Assembly: GCF_037042905.1 (NCBI RefSeq) | Contig: NC_087251.1 | Location: 11,286,001 to 11,350,000 of the forward strand | DNA: 64,000 nucleotides | Direction: 5' to 3' | DNA from: Lytechinus pictus | Lineage: Eukaryota | Part shown: piece by piece, positions 50,501 through 63,337 of the stretch | Numbering within the stretch: the first letter of the stretch is position 1 | Layout of the letters: every line of letters starts with the position of its first letter | Translations under genes and position numbers: made by a program | The notes under the pieces: model-generated | What the model was told of the DNA's origin: nothing | Databases searched by the model: none | The model's input: the letters and a program-made list of their open reading frames with translations, nothing else

Positions 50501-52918
50501 TAATTACCCTCAATTGACTATGATCATGTCTGTCAATGTTTAAACATGGGAATGGCAGGATAAGGGAAATGTGTGAAAGTTACGCTAGCTATGTTAATTT
50601 GCTGCTGCCAATCTTCCATAATCCCCGATGCTATTGCTGCCACTATATTTTGGTTTTCTTCTTCAAATTTTTGTTTACCGATGTTGCTGCCAGTAAGTGT
50701 GTCGGTGGCTTTTTTTACGATTAACATTCTTACACATACTATGTTTTAGAAGGTTCTTGCACAAATATTGAGTCGATTACTAGTATATATTTTTTTATGA
50801 AACACATGTAGTTTCATATTGATAGGGTTCTTCATCTTAATGATATGTTTGTCGTTGTTTATGACGATAGAAGATGAAACCTATTATTAAAGCACCAGAA
50901 TCCGCAGAGATAAACCAGTATCTAATTTTATCTAACATGCCTAATACAGTCATTTTTTAAGAGTAAGGTTGAAGCCGTCTGGACATAATTTGCATGATCG
51001 CCAATAGGCCTGCTTCAAGTTTGGCCATCTACAAGGCGTCTTCTCTTGTTAAAGTTCGTTTCATAAATTGCATGTAATTTTAGCCACTTTCGTGAAAGAA
51101 ACGGTACGATTCTCATGAGCTATTTTGTGCGAGACTTGAAAAAAGAGTTACCATCATCGTAATAACGTTGTCATCCAATTTCATCAACATGGAATCCTTG
51201 ATTTTTATTGACTGCTGAGAAATGTTACCATGGCAGTTACCACTTTAATGTAAAGTTACCGTACTAGTATTCTAAACATTTGTACATTGGTCTGGATCCT
51301 TGAAAGTGAATTTATTAATAAATCAATCGGGGCTATAATATAGGCCTATACGTCCATTGCTCACCTTGGACGGTAACAGTAAAATTACAGAATCCTGTAT
51401 TTCCAGCTGTGTCGTTGACCCCGTAGATGACCACCGTATCGCCCAGGGTGAAGTCGTCCCCTATATCATAGTTGCTCCATCTGACGTTCACGTGAACGTT
51501 ATCTGTTGTGAAGGGGTCTGGCCAGATCACGTTGGCTCGCCCATCCCTGCTTGATGCTAAGACTACGATGTCGGCAGGGCATTCTATAATCGGATCCTCA
51601 ATATCTAGGATAAACGAAATTGATATCATAATTATTTAAGAACGATTTCATGATTTTGAGACTTGACAGCTAGGCGGCGCTACGGGGTCAGGGAAGACCC
51701 CTCCCCTGATTTTTCAACACAGAAGTGGGGGAAGAGAAAGGGGCAGAAAAAAGAAAGAAAACGATATATAAAATGGAGAGAGAAGAAAGAACGGATTGAA
51801 AACAAGATAACTGTATGTCTTATTACTCCATGACAGCCATGTAAACAATATCAGGTCGTCTTGGGAAGCCAGACCAATTTCGTTGGAGAAAGTCCCCTTG
51901 CTTCACTAAACGTGACTGTGAGTATTGCTTTAAAATTTCCGTCGGGCATCAATGAGTGTATAATTAACTTGGTGTAAAATTTGACATAAATGCTCAAACA
52001 TGTATGCCTCACTAGCGTATGCACGGCGTTTTCCAGTACAAAAATATTTTTGGGTGTTCTCAAAAGGGTGGGGGGCAAGGGCCAGATATGCCCTTACCTG
52101 GATCCGCCATTGTATCTTACCCTTTATGGTGACGGTAAACCAGCAGATATCGGCAGCGCCTGATCTATCGTGCAATACGTACGTCACATTGGTCGTACCC
52201 ACGAAGAATTCGTGGTCAGGCTCGGGATTGACTTGCTCTTCCCAGCTAGGATCTTGGTCAATGATGGTCGGTCGTGTCCAGTTTACCATGCCCGAGAACA
52301 TTCCAGGCGAGTTCACCCCGGTGATGTTACTGGGGCAGTTTTCATAAGCACCAACTGAAAAAAATAAATCGAATTGGAACGTCGTTTGAATTAAGATTAT
52401 TCTTGGAAAATATCGTGACATATAGCAATGTTCAAACGATGAAACTTTTAAAAAATGCTATATGTACCCCAAAATATATCTAATATCTTTTATATACTTT
52501 TATGATCATTATACCCAGATGAGTAGGAGACTGGGTCCGAAACGATTAAACAAGTCATATTTCAAGAATAATACAGACCTCACAAGGGATGTCAAAATAA
52601 TACTTGAAAATGTGATCATGGACAAATATTTGCGATCGAGGCTATCAGAGAAAAGGTGTTCAGACGTGCAAATGACCCCATCTTAAAATAAATTGGGAAA
52701 TGGATATTATTTCAATATCTACATCGTGAACACCATTATGGAGACCACCCTCTCAGAAGAGCACTTATAGGATTGAATCGTGATAGGTATTTGGGGATCT
52801 GCTGAAATCGTCATCCAATGTGCATTTCATGTTATTGATATTTCATTTGTTATTTGAATAAATCGAATTGAACTAACCACATGTTAATGACAAATAGTAG
52901 CTGTATACAGAAAAAAGT

Positions 52919-52969
<51 letters not shown>

Positions 52970-55900
52970 GAAATTATAATTAAGTATCAAATTGTATCAT
53001 AACAAGTATAAATATTTTCACTTTTGTTTCTTTTAGGCATCAGTGTTAACAACATCGTGAGCGATAATTATCATGTCTTTTTATGAATGCAATTAAAGAC
53101 CACAGAAAGTCAACAAAAGGTCCGCATTGTTATTTGAAGGTACATTTTTATATTATAATTCAGCATATACCTTGGATGATCACGTTAAATATGCAATAGC
53201 CAACAAGACCGGACCGGTCCGTGGCGGTTATATTAACCGCGGTCGAACCGCAATCGAAGCCGCTGCCTGTTGAGTGAGAAGTGCTAATCGTTGGTGTACC
53301 ATCGTTGTCTGTCGCGGTTGGTTCTGTCCATTGAGGAGAACTGGTATTGCAAGCAGATTCTGCTAGTACTCTTGACGTGATGTTATCTGGACAAGATGTG
53401 AACGTCGGAGGTTCTACATCTGCAAAAAGTTAGGAACATAATGGAGAAGATTTTTTTCTATATTCATAGTAGAGGACATTGAAATGACTCGTTCATAATA
53501 AATGCCTAATTCAAAATTGAGTGATTTTATTTGTCATAATACCACAAAGGCCAAGGTCAACCAAATTGATCAGCCAAAGATGTGTTTCAACTTTCAAAGA
53601 TGCTATGAATTCAAGAAACAAACCAATATAAAGTAGACAGAAGAATATAAACAATATAAATACCTAATGGGGGTCGCTTTGTAATATTTCAAGAAAGAGT
53701 ACCGTACCAAATCTAGACCTTTTTCGTATTTTAGCAATACATATGTTTGTTTGTTTTTTTGCTAGAGCTTAATTGATCATTTTACATTGTTCTTTCACTA
53801 TACGATATGCTTCTCTGCACGCTGACCTTTAACATGGATTTGAACGTTTTGACAAGGTACAATAATACACCTTTAAGCATTCTGTATCAAATATTGGCAT
53901 ATCTAGAAGAAGAAAGGGAAATAAATCAAAGTCATCTTAACAGTGAGACCCCCCCCCCCCCCCCCCGACCTAATGAAATCCTATAGACCCGTTTCTGATA
54001 TAAGCGATGTGTCGTTATATCAATGATTCAAGAACATTGTTCTGGACTGACCTCGGTTCTTTTCAATGTACTCACATCACAATCTCGGTTCTATAGAACG
54101 AGACCTTTTAACCGACTGCCCTGCCTCAACAGAGGGTTTTAAAACATTCTTTAAGATCCGAATGAAAGTTTGCTTGCAGAATAAACAAGATAAATTCATC
54201 ATACTGGCACAGCGAAGTAACCTCTTCCCCTTCTTCTCAATTATGTTGCCTTATTATATTCACCAGCTTAGTTTGAATTAGATTCAGTTTATTGGTCCTT
54301 GTAGCGAGAGAAAATTACATATGAGAGCTGTTACATAATCTATACCCTTTTATAATGTTTTGTACTGTACCCAGTCAACCGTATTACAAACAATATTCTA
54401 TGAAGCCCTCCATCTGATCTTATCATGATCTAAATTAGGTTAGTGTTTCAAACTCCTTCGACAATGTTTAACGATGTTCTTTTACATTTGCCACATTCGA
54501 CCCATGTGTAGAATGTGGTAGATAAGTCATTTAAATTAAAACATTTGGTCATACAAATAGTTGTGTTGATAATTAAAAAAAAATCAGATCCTATTAAGAC
54601 GTTGTACCATAAAATATTATTGATGGATATGCCACTGCTGCTGCTGACGATTATAATAATGATAATGATGATGTGATAATGATGATGATGATGATGATGA
54701 TGTTGATGTTGGTGATTGTTATGATAATGCTCCTGTTGATGATGATGATGATGATGATAATTATGATGAGGCTACTGTCGATGATGATAATAATTGTAAT
54801 GACGAAATAATACTAGTGACAAGAGTAGTAATTTCTATATTGATGATACAAGACACTTTTCACATAAACAGAAACAAAGACATATTCACTATGAGTGCCA
54901 TATTGAGAATAATATTTGTCTTTAAGATCTGAACTGGAGGAATAAAACGCCCACAAAATTTTAATGTGACTTAAACTTGTTGAAAATACTTATTATCACA
55001 AGCCGTCTCCATGTGAAAGAAAATCTATATGGGCATGCAGAACTATCAATCTATTTATCTAACCTACATGTAACTTTGCCTTTTTTTATTAAGTTCCTTC
55101 TAACTTTATCTGTCAAAACTCAATCAATATTGTGTTTGGTCTCATTTCAAAGGGTCCGGTGATGTAGTGGGATTTTCCTTGTTGGCTTTTGTGATATCAT
55201 ATTTACTTTCACGCTGGAAGTGATAAACAAAATCGCCTTTTAAAGTTTTATTTCACTTTATTTATTTTGCATGGCTGAAAGTCAATATGCTTTCAATGTA
55301 TTGACACAAGGAATATTGCACAATAATGCAATGGCCTTATTATCCAAGGTCGTAATAATATCTAAGCGACCTACAAATTTCATGACAAAAACTTAATAAT
55401 ATAGTATAAATCTCTCAGGAAGGATTTCTCCCCTTATATTCATAATTCATTTAATTTCTTCAAATCATACACAATTTTGATCATTTTGAATATAACACTA
55501 GACAGGATTTTGTTTATATATTTAGACCTTTGGATATCCATTCATGTTCAGAATCCAGAAGTAATTGGACACCTCCGCTTCTTTCAACTTTTACAAGATC
55601 CGGTGTTAAATCCTGATACTGGACATCGAGTTATGGTAGATATTATAGCTTTATTTGCCGACTATATAGATGATATGGTTTCATAAAACTTTGATATAAT
55701 GCCATATAGGGCCATAGGTTGATTTGTATGAGACAAATTCTTGACCTTTTTAAGATGAAAATCTGATTTAGTGATAATTTAATGATAATAAAGATAATGT
55801 AATACCTTAGTCTTTTTCGCCTCCTTTTATTTTCTTTTCTCCTTCTTTCCCCTTTTTTTCTTGGTTTTAGAACTTTTTTGTGCATGGTCCCTTACAACTC

Positions 55901-58900
55901 CACCCCCATCTGCACGTTAGTCATGTTAGTGGTTTCCAATATGAACGAGCGTCTTATGTGTATTATGTAGAACATGATTTTGGATATCTTTTATCATAGC
56001 AATCATGCAATGGACATAGGAATAATGTAGACATAGTTTATAATAAATTTTCTTTCTATATCTACATGATCTAATTGCCTGATTATACTCTCAACCCAAG
56101 TCAGAACTTTGGTTGTTTCGATGTATTTCATTTAATTATATATCCATTTCAAGTGCTAAATATGGCCAAATGTATTCACAAAAAATGTGTTGTTGTATTT
56201 ATACCTCCATACAAATTTACAAACAAAGAACAAAAAGGGAGGAGATATGAACATAACTTTTATTCCAACAATAAAACAATTAAAAAACACTGAAAAAAAT
56301 GCATTAAGCACTCAATCTGTAGGTATAATTGCATGCTTAGATACTATCATTGCATATCTGTTATTTAAACAAAATGAAGAAGGCCTGTTTAGAAAAAAGA
56401 ATATAAGTCTGTATATACCCATTTAAAAACATAAAACTAAAAGATTAATACTACGTAACACATCATAATACAGTTTTAAGCCAAATTAAGCAAATAAAAA
56501 CATTAAAATTCATGTAAAATTGATAAAACAACGAGGCTAATTTTGTGTGATTAAAACAATTTAAATTACAAAAAACAACACATTTGATATTGCAAACAAA
56601 TATCGAGTCAAAGGGACATGACCTCATATCATTTGATCTTTGGGCATCTATAGATAAATTTTGATCCCATCATCCTCATGGACGTACATGTTGCATTGTA
56701 AACACAAGTATCATTATGTACCAAGTATGAGCATAATTCATTCAGAAACAAAGAAATGAAAACAAGTTGAACAAAAACTGACCTTTTAACCCCATGATCC
56801 TCAACAACACACACATGGTATTACCGAAAAATCATTTGAATCAATGTGATCAAAATTGACGCAGAAATAAAGAAACGAGAGCAAGTTAAACAAAAACTTC
56901 AAAAAGGGATGAACATGACCTCATATCATTCGACATTTTGACCCCTACATAAAATATGACCCCATCATCTTCGGCATGGACACACGTGATGTGGTATATA
57001 ATATGTACCAAGTATGAACATAAAGAAATGGGAGCAAGTTGAGCAAAAACTTTAAAATTTTTGTTACAACAGAAAAATTAATCTGGTGAACTTCGTTAAG
57101 GCGAGACAAAGAGGAGTCTGCTGAATACCAAGTCTGATGATCATATTTCTAATTTTCTGCAATTTTGCGCAAGTTTTTTTTAAACCCCAACAGAAACATT
57201 CCGTGTTCGTTTAAGCATGAACAAAACTTATTTTTAAAGGGCATTTGAAAGATAAGAATTTAGAGCATCCACTCTAAATTACAGGGATTTAAAATAAGTC
57301 CAGATGGACTGTAGCTAGGGACCAATCGATTTCTGAATTTAGTTTTAATCCTAACGACTTAAATTTAAATCTCAAATGATTTAAATTTAAATCTTTCGAG
57401 ATTTAAAAATGAATCTTAAGGATTCAAACTAAATCCGGAATTCGATTGGTCCCTAACTACAGTCCATGTGGACTTGTTTTAAATCCCTGTAATTTAGAGT
57501 GTATATATGAACATCAAAATATAGGCATCATAATTTGAAACAAAATTTTGACAAATTTTACAAAACTGTCCCGGGTTTTTTTTTTTGATACGCACTCTAT
57601 ATCAATTGGTTCCTATGTCAGTAAAATTCATATGATATTACAAGGACCTGCCACGCCCCTGCTTTACATGTCTAAAGAAAGGGTAATGCTCCTTTCAAAC
57701 CAAAGTTTCAAACTCACCTACAACCTGCACAATGAACTCGCACGTCTCGACGTTCGTGCTGATGTCCGTCAGTGTATACGTCACAGTAGTCTCTCCGATG
57801 ACGAAACGGGAACCACTCTTGATATCTGACGTCAACGAAGTAGTTGATGAAGCGTCTTGGATTCGAGGTTCCACCCACGTCACCACGGCATCGTCGAGGC
57901 CGGGTTCGTTATCTTTGACTATCGTTTGATCGGGGCAACCATATATCGTTGGAGCTATGTATGACATAGATATTGAGATTATTGTATGCAATGGGTGGTA
58001 GAAGAAATACATAAATAAGGACCACAAATTCTTGTTATTAACGTTACTGATTTTATATATCATCATTTGACTGTAACATGAAATGTAAAACTGCCCCAAA
58101 GTTAATAGTAACAGACCAAGTCGATTGCTATTAGGTCTTATTACTGATTTGACTGAATCATGCAATGAAAAACTGCCCCAAAACTATTTGAAAGAAATAG
58201 TCAATAATAGTGCAAAGCTTGACATTTGTTATTATTTTGTTGGCGTTTTTCACATTGTTAGCTATCATCTTGATGAGTTTGTAACTTTAACCTTTTAGTT
58301 GGTTTGGGTAATTTCAAACTTGCTCTCTAAAATTCTAAATGATATTGGCCTAAGAAAAGCAGTGAATAAACTTTATAACCAAGTTATTTGTTTTTCATTT
58401 TCGTTTATTACCTTTGACGGTGACAACGAATGTGCAATTGACTTCGTTCCCATTCTCATCGACGGCGCTATACATGACCGTCGTGTCTCCTAACTCGAAT
58501 GATGACGCCGAAGATATGGATGACGTGACGGTTACCTGACCGCTACCGCCCGTCACCTGCGGCTCAGACCAGTAAACCGTTGCCATCGTTTCGCCGACTG
58601 GGATTAAGGTTATCCGGTCCGTAGGACAGCTTATGGAGAATTGATCTGGGGAATATAACATTACCATTTTAAAACTATTTTACTCTTTGCCGGTTACGAG
58701 GAGGAAAGAATATACTTATAATTTTGGGGAAATGGTTCATATTTTGTGACAAAAATTTGCTATAAGACAAGATTTTTTAGCTGTCCAAGGCAACTCATCT
58801 TTTGCAAGCAAAGGAGTGTCTTATACAATCTAAAGTAGATATGGAACTATGATAAAAAATAGTAATTTTGCTTTTGTATAGCGCTTATCACATCGGAAGG

Positions 58901-61900
58901 GTGTATAAGTTTATTTACGGATTGATTAGTATTACCCCAGTCATAAAGGATTGTTTTTTGCCCGCATAAGATGTATGCACAATCTCCACTCCCTGTGGAG
59001 TATTCCAACAAGAGCAGTCAATAAATATTAAGACATTCCAATTGTTAAGTCAACGACATTGATGCTAGCATCCTACCAAGTAACTGCTTAAGACCTGGGT
59101 GGAGAGCGGCCGAGTGTGAATTGACAACTTGTCATGATCTTCAACACAATACCACTAAATGTAATCTATCAGCTTAATAAAACAACACTCCTTCATAGTC
59201 TTCTCCTTCAGAAATTATTCTTTATCCATTCTCTATAATAAAACCCGCTCTACACCCTTCCATGGGGACAGGGCGATATAATAACAATAAAATTTATGTA
59301 AGATAATAATAGGTTAAATGTATACTATCGAGGAGTATTTGTTTTAAAATGATTGTCTTTAGAATAGAAATTCCGTTAACTTGCCATTTCTAAATATAGT
59401 ACCATTAACTTTTGTTTTCCTGACAATAACACTGGCACCAACATTTAGTGTTGCCTTCGACCAAGCATCAGACTGGATTATACAATAAATAGTATGTTTA
59501 ACTTAGTTTCTTTTAATTCCAAGGATTTATAATGAATCCAGATCGGCTGTGAATAGTGACCAGCCTAATATTAGATTTAGATTTAAACCTTCTTGATTTA
59601 AATATACAGTAAACATAGGCGGATCCGGGGGGCCGAGGGGCCCGGGCCCCTCCCCCCACCCTATTGGCGGAGCAAAAAAAGGGGAAAAAGGGAAAGAAAG
59701 AAATAAAAAGAGGATAAGAAAAAAAAAGAGGAGGAAGACGAGTGAATAAAATAAGTTGAGGGGAACCCTTGGAAAACAAACCCCCATAAATATTTTCTGT
59801 CACTCTATAAATTTTTTGCCTGTTATAGGTGATTTACATATCTTGCTCAATATGGAGCTTAAAATATCAAGTTTGGAAGTCGATATACAAAACATACTTC
59901 AGGTCGGAAATCGAACTTTCATTATTTTGTTTGATTTACAAATTGATTTTTAATAAGTGCTCTGTAAAAATGTCAGTTTTATGGTCTGAATATTAAATTT
60001 TTCTGCTCGCGCTGCGCGCTCGCAAAATTTGATTTGTCAGGTACTTATTTTCCTGTATTCCATAAAGTTCTCAAAATACACATATTTGTGTCTGATTGTC
60101 AAAACGTATCAGCTAGCGCTGCACGCTCGCATTTTGATTGGTGAGATATGTATATCCCAATATCAATTCTACATGTATAACTAACTACTTAAAATCCCCA
60201 TTTAGGTTTATCAAAAATTTCGTCTCGAGATTTGCGCTCGCATTGATTGTTAAAAATATATCAAATCATGCATCCTATTCATAATTACAAAAGTGCTTGA
60301 AATGTCCACTTTTCAGGCCATAGTATTAAAAGATTTCGCGCTCTCATATGCTCATTAGATTAATAAATAAGATATTAATTCAATAATTTAATTGTCTCCT
60401 TTTTCAGAATATAATATCAACAAGTTTCATTTCGCGCTTAGAAAGAGGAAAAGGAAGATAGTCATCATTTTAATATGATGATGTAATGTCTTTAGAATGT
60501 CCCGGTCCTATATGTTAAAAGTAATAATAATGGAAAATGTCAGCTCTTTATTGAGTGCGATCCATATCTACCTCACAATTTTCCTACAAAGTGCTTGAAA
60601 TATAGAGCTTAAAATTGACCCTTTATCAGAATGGAATATGAAATATTTTAAGCTCGCGCTTTGCGCTCGCTTAATTGATTTTCATGCAGCTCGCGCTTCG
60701 CGCTCGCATTATTTGATTGTTAAAATATGTAACGTCTTCATGGCTACTGCAAGCAGTCCTTAGTAGGTACTTTTTCGATCAGTTCAAAACATTTATTAAA
60801 AATCTATTTAGTTGCATACACATCTTGTTCAATAGCTTGCGCTTCGAGCTCACACTATATGAATAAAGATTATGAGATATATATAGTATAGTATATATTT
60901 ATGTTGATTTAAAGCTAAGAAGTGACTATTAGGACTACCCCCTTAAAAAAATCATCTTCGAGCGGCCGATCGGGGAAAATATGGCTGAAAAAAATTCTGC
61001 CCCCCCCCCCCTATTGGCGAAGGCTGGATCCGCCCCTGGTAAATCTAAAAGATTTGCATTTAAATCTTTTGAGATTTAAAAGTTAATCCTTAAGATTTGA
61101 AATAAATTCAAAATTCGGCTGGTATTCTCCAATAATTTTATTCATACGCTTTTTTAAATTGATTTATCTACATTTTTACACTTATTTATATATTTATACA
61201 TAGGCAAAATGCAAAAAAAAAAGTAGAATGCAATAACACGAACCAGTGGCTAGGGATATAGTAAATCAGAAAACTAGTCCATAGACAAATACAATCCATT
61301 CGGTCAATATGTTAGCTTACAAGCAAACAAATTTACATGCAAAAAAAATGTACGAACACTGTGAAAAAAATTGATAAGAAAACTAAATTGGAACAGAGTG
61401 ATACAGGGGAAACTGAATTTTCATCAGAAAGGCACTTACTTTTTTATTTTCATGATTTTTTTTTGGGGGGAGTAATGGTTAAATTATCCTAATGAACAAA
61501 ATATTATCTAGATTCTGATAAAACGATCAACCCTTGTAATTTTGAGAGGGGTTAATGTGCACATTGTAACCCCCCTCTCCTTTTGTTGTATTCGTGCATG
61601 GGTGAAAATAGAATGTGGGAAAACTGGGAATCCTGCTGAGGTTATGTTGGTTGATTAATGAGGTTCAAGGATTCACAATTTCTTTTATTCGTGTCATGGT
61701 GACAAATTGGCTTGCGTGTTACTTTATTATTGGTCGAACAATGTAGGGACAAGGATCGCATGATTCCACGGAACGATGATGAAATAAATATTTCAAACCT
61801 TTTTCAATCCGACATATTGAAGAATGCGAGCGAGCAGGATGCAGGGGGGTGGAGGAGGGGAAAGAGGAATAGCAAAAATAAGTTATAATCGTTTTCTTCA

Positions 61901-62455
61901 TCCATTAAAGTTCATTATATACAACAAAATGAATGCAAGAACATAAACCTATAAATTTAGTCTGACGAGACAAGCATGATCATATAGTAGTCAGGAACTT
62001 GATGTACACCAGAGTCCCGTCATGGAGGGGTACGGATTCTTACTGGCAATTTTCTCAAGTTTTGATACTGCAGATCGTTGATACTTGAATAGTCAAGAAA
62101 TAGAGGTCTTTTCTTCAGTATTGAATAAGGGCTATCAAGTGCATTCACCTTTGTTATACCCTAGAGGCAAATTCTACGATTTGTGGTCCCAAAGACATAT
62201 TTTATCCTTTTAATTTGTAGATAACAGCTCATATTCCGTTAGTTTTCGAATTATATTTTTTTTCAATTATTCTGTATCATCATATTCATCTCTCATCATC
62301 AAAATCATTTTATTTTTTAGCATTAGTCTTAAAATATTATTATCATTATTATTATTATTATCATCATCATCATCATTATAATTTTATTTCCATTTCTTTA
62401 TTATTATCATTATTATTATTCATTATTGTTATTATTATTGGTAGTAGTAGTAGTA

Positions 62456-62503
<48 letters not shown>

Positions 62504-63337
62504 CAGTACTAGTAGTAGTGCTAGTAGTATAGTAATAGTATTCTGTATTCATTATTTCTACTATTATTACTCATTATCATCGTTATCTCTGTTATAAACA
62601 CCAACTATTATTACAACAAACTGCTGCTGCTGTTGCTATACTACTTCTACTATAGCCAACCTCCTCCTCCTACTACTACTACAACTACAACCACTACTAC
62701 TATACTGCTACTGCATACTACTACTACTACACGTACTACTACTACTACTGCTGCTGCTGCTACTACTATATACTACTAATACTACTACACTGCAAAAACC
62801 GTGGTGTTAAAACTGACACCAGTTGGTGTCTATAGAGGACCACACCCTGAGGTTCTAAAATTACACCCTCGAGATTGAACATAACACCAAAGAGTGTAAA
62901 TGTAACAACCAAAGGTGTTGTAATAACACCTATATGTGTTAAACTAACAGTGTCAATTTAATGACTGGTGTGGTCCTCTATGTACACCGGTTAACACCAC
63001 AGTTTTTGTTGTGTAATACTATTATTTCCACAATTTTTATGTCATCGTCACCTATATAAGGTCGCTATCATCGTCAGAGCAATATTGTCGGAAACGTTGA
63101 ATAAGAATTAAAGACGGAATAAGGTAATTATATGAATTTGCAATGTTGCCTTACATTTCAAATTTTGCAATATATAGCATACATACCTATATGTAGGTTA
63201 ATAATGGAAGATTTAATCTAACCATAGAGCTATTACAGATCTAACTGAATTAACGTACCTTCCGCTTGTGTCCTTTCTCTGATTGATAAAATGAGAATGA
63301 TGTTGATAATAACCACTCTTAGCCAATATCCCTCCAT
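40980..63337 (-). CDS. Hyalin-like single-pass membrane protein: SP-(HYR)5-PAN/Apple-(HYR)2-SEA-EGF-like-TM-acidic tail; 16 coding exons, ~1094 aa
   Basis: Phase-compatible GT-AG exons join into one 3285-nt ORF; HYR consensus (PxIxCPxD..VxWxEP..DN..F.vG.TxVxYxAxDxsGN...CxFxVxV) occurs 7 times; hydrophobic TM followed by RRCKQKK. Confidence 0.88.
42208..42328 (-). CDS. Transmembrane exon (not in ORF track)
   Basis: PKTLAIVVGVVWVVILLLLLILCFPVYIRRCKQKKHQYH.|gtaagg. Confidence 0.88.
43052..43107 (-). CDS. EGF-like C-terminal exon
   Basis: ttccag|.CSEFIYYGTRCELEDQVN.|gtgaga (C..YxGxRCE). Confidence 0.87.
43957..44122 (-). CDS. EGF-like exon
   Basis: DECYFLPCPTGMNC..ICVSYCPDNPTYCLHDSYC..VAC; Cys-rich. 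Confidence 0.88.
44150..44790. repeat. (CAT/CAC)n microsatellite with 72-bp higher-order repeat (~4 copies)
   Basis: Unit caccacccctgccatcatcatcaccatcattgtcaccatcatcatcaccataatcgtcagcatcatcatcat repeated over ~44400-44690. Confidence 0.9.
44811..44974 (-). CDS. SEA-like domain exon c
   Basis: ctttag|.MSEDGGVVIQLSLGF...EIRLINHD.|gtaaga. Confidence 0.85.
45656..45714 (-). CDS. SEA-like domain exon b
   Basis: tttcag|IQEAYGKDPNLLDSVITNI.|gtgagt; phase 0-2 bridges its neighbours. Confidence 0.8.
46241..46353 (-). CDS. SEA-like domain exon a
   Basis: KNRIAMEIEIPNLVYSDALADITSEHYKMVDEALQIQ resembles the SEA N-terminus (I.N..Ys..L.d..S..Y). Confidence 0.85.
46488..47972. mobile_element. hAT-like MITE (outer)
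   Basis: TIR CACTGGCGTAAATCC / GGATTTACGCCAGTG; 8-bp TSD GTTAGTTA (46480-46487, 47973-47980). Confidence 0.88.
46905..47864. mobile_element. hAT-like MITE nested in the previous element
   Basis: TIR CAGTGACGTA / TACGCCACTG; 8-bp TSD TGGACATA (46897-46904, 47865-47872); internal GCTCGCGCTTCGCGCTCGC repeats. Confidence 0.88.
48612..48866 (-). CDS. HYR domain exon 7
   Basis: DQIPTIHGCPG..VSWLVP..DNSG..SHQPG..GDTTVVYTAVD..CSFTVTV; phase 1-1. Confidence 0.92.
49490..49735 (-). CDS. HYR domain exon 6
   Basis: NTPPTFWLCPDDV..ISWFRP..SHQPGDVFYIGSTEVVYIAQD..CSFIITIT; phase 1-1. Confidence 0.92.
50229..50468 (-). CDS. PAN/Apple domain exon
   Basis: SIVECLDACIDEETFKCRSAEY..GECRLS...VTYYEK matches the PAN Cys pattern C-x3-C..C-x-S..C-x-L; phase 1-1. 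Confidence 0.9.
51365..51604 (-). CDS. HYR domain exon 5
   Basis: IEDPIIECPADI..VIWPDP..TDN..FTLGDTVVIY..DTAGNTGFCNFTVTVQ; phase 1-1. Confidence 0.93.
52121..52354 (-). CDS. HYR domain exon 4
   Basis: GAYENCPSNIT..VNWTRP..FFVGTTNVTYVLHD..CWFTVTIK; phase 1-1. Confidence 0.92.
52920..52966. repeat. (TA)n microsatellite
   Basis: pure TA run. Confidence 0.95.
53171..53419 (-). CDS. HYR domain exon 3 (not in ORF track)
   Basis: VEPPTFTSCPDNITSRVLAESACNTSSPQWTEPTATDNDG...GSTAVNITATDRSGLVGYCIFNVIIQ; phase 1-1. Confidence 0.92.
54645..54805. repeat. (GAT)n degenerate microsatellite
   Basis: gatgatgat runs. Confidence 0.85.
56590..57110 (-). mobile_element. HINE-like element with ~300-bp internal duplication
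   Basis: catgacctcatatcatt..gtaccaagtatga motifs repeated near 56617 and 56914; minus-strand start tttgtctcgcc resembles the 5318 terminus. Confidence 0.5.
57270..57501. mobile_element. Near-palindromic MITE with CAC..GTG termini
   Basis: cactctaaattacagggatttaaaa..tagggaccaatcga / tcgattggtcccta..ttttaaatccctgtaatttagagtg. Confidence 0.8.
57718..57954 (-). CDS. HYR domain exon 2
   Basis: PTIYGCPD..VTWVEP..FVIGETTVTYTLTD..CEFIVQVV; phase 1-1. Confidence 0.92.
58412..58645 (-). CDS. HYR domain exon 1
   Basis: QFSISCPTD..VYWSEPQVT..FELGDTTVMYSAVDENGNEVNCTFVVTVK; phase 1-1. Confidence 0.92.
59614..61038. mobile_element. hAT-like non-autonomous element inserted in a relic of the 57270 family
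   Basis: TIR CATAGGCGGATCC / GGATCCGCCCCTG; internal GCTCGCGCTTCGCGCTCGC repeats shared with 46905-47864; only GTAAA is duplicated in the flanks. Confidence 0.75.
62335..62787. repeat. Compound trinucleotide microsatellite (TAT/TAG/TAC/TGC)n
   Basis: direct inspection. Confidence 0.9.
62788..63013. mobile_element. CAC..GTG MITE with TA flanks (CMC/EnSpm-like)
   Basis: TA|CACTGCAAAAACCGTGGTGTTAA..agaggaccacacc / ggtgtggtcctct..TTAACACCACAGTTTTTGTTGTG|TA. Confidence 0.7.
63259..63337 (-). CDS. First coding exon (signal peptide) of HYR membrane protein
   Basis: ataATGG context; MEGYWLRVVIINIILILSIRERTQAE.|gtacgt; phase 1 matches the next exon. Confidence 0.75.

Noticed and set aside
54060..55740. 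Possible additional exons of the HYR gene or LINE fragments
   Set aside because: No phase-compatible exon with a recognisable domain was found by eye; a tblastx search would be needed
59606..61046. Clean 8-bp TSD for the 59614-61038 element
   Set aside because: Only GTAAA matches on both sides, so the hAT assignment rests on TIR similarity alone
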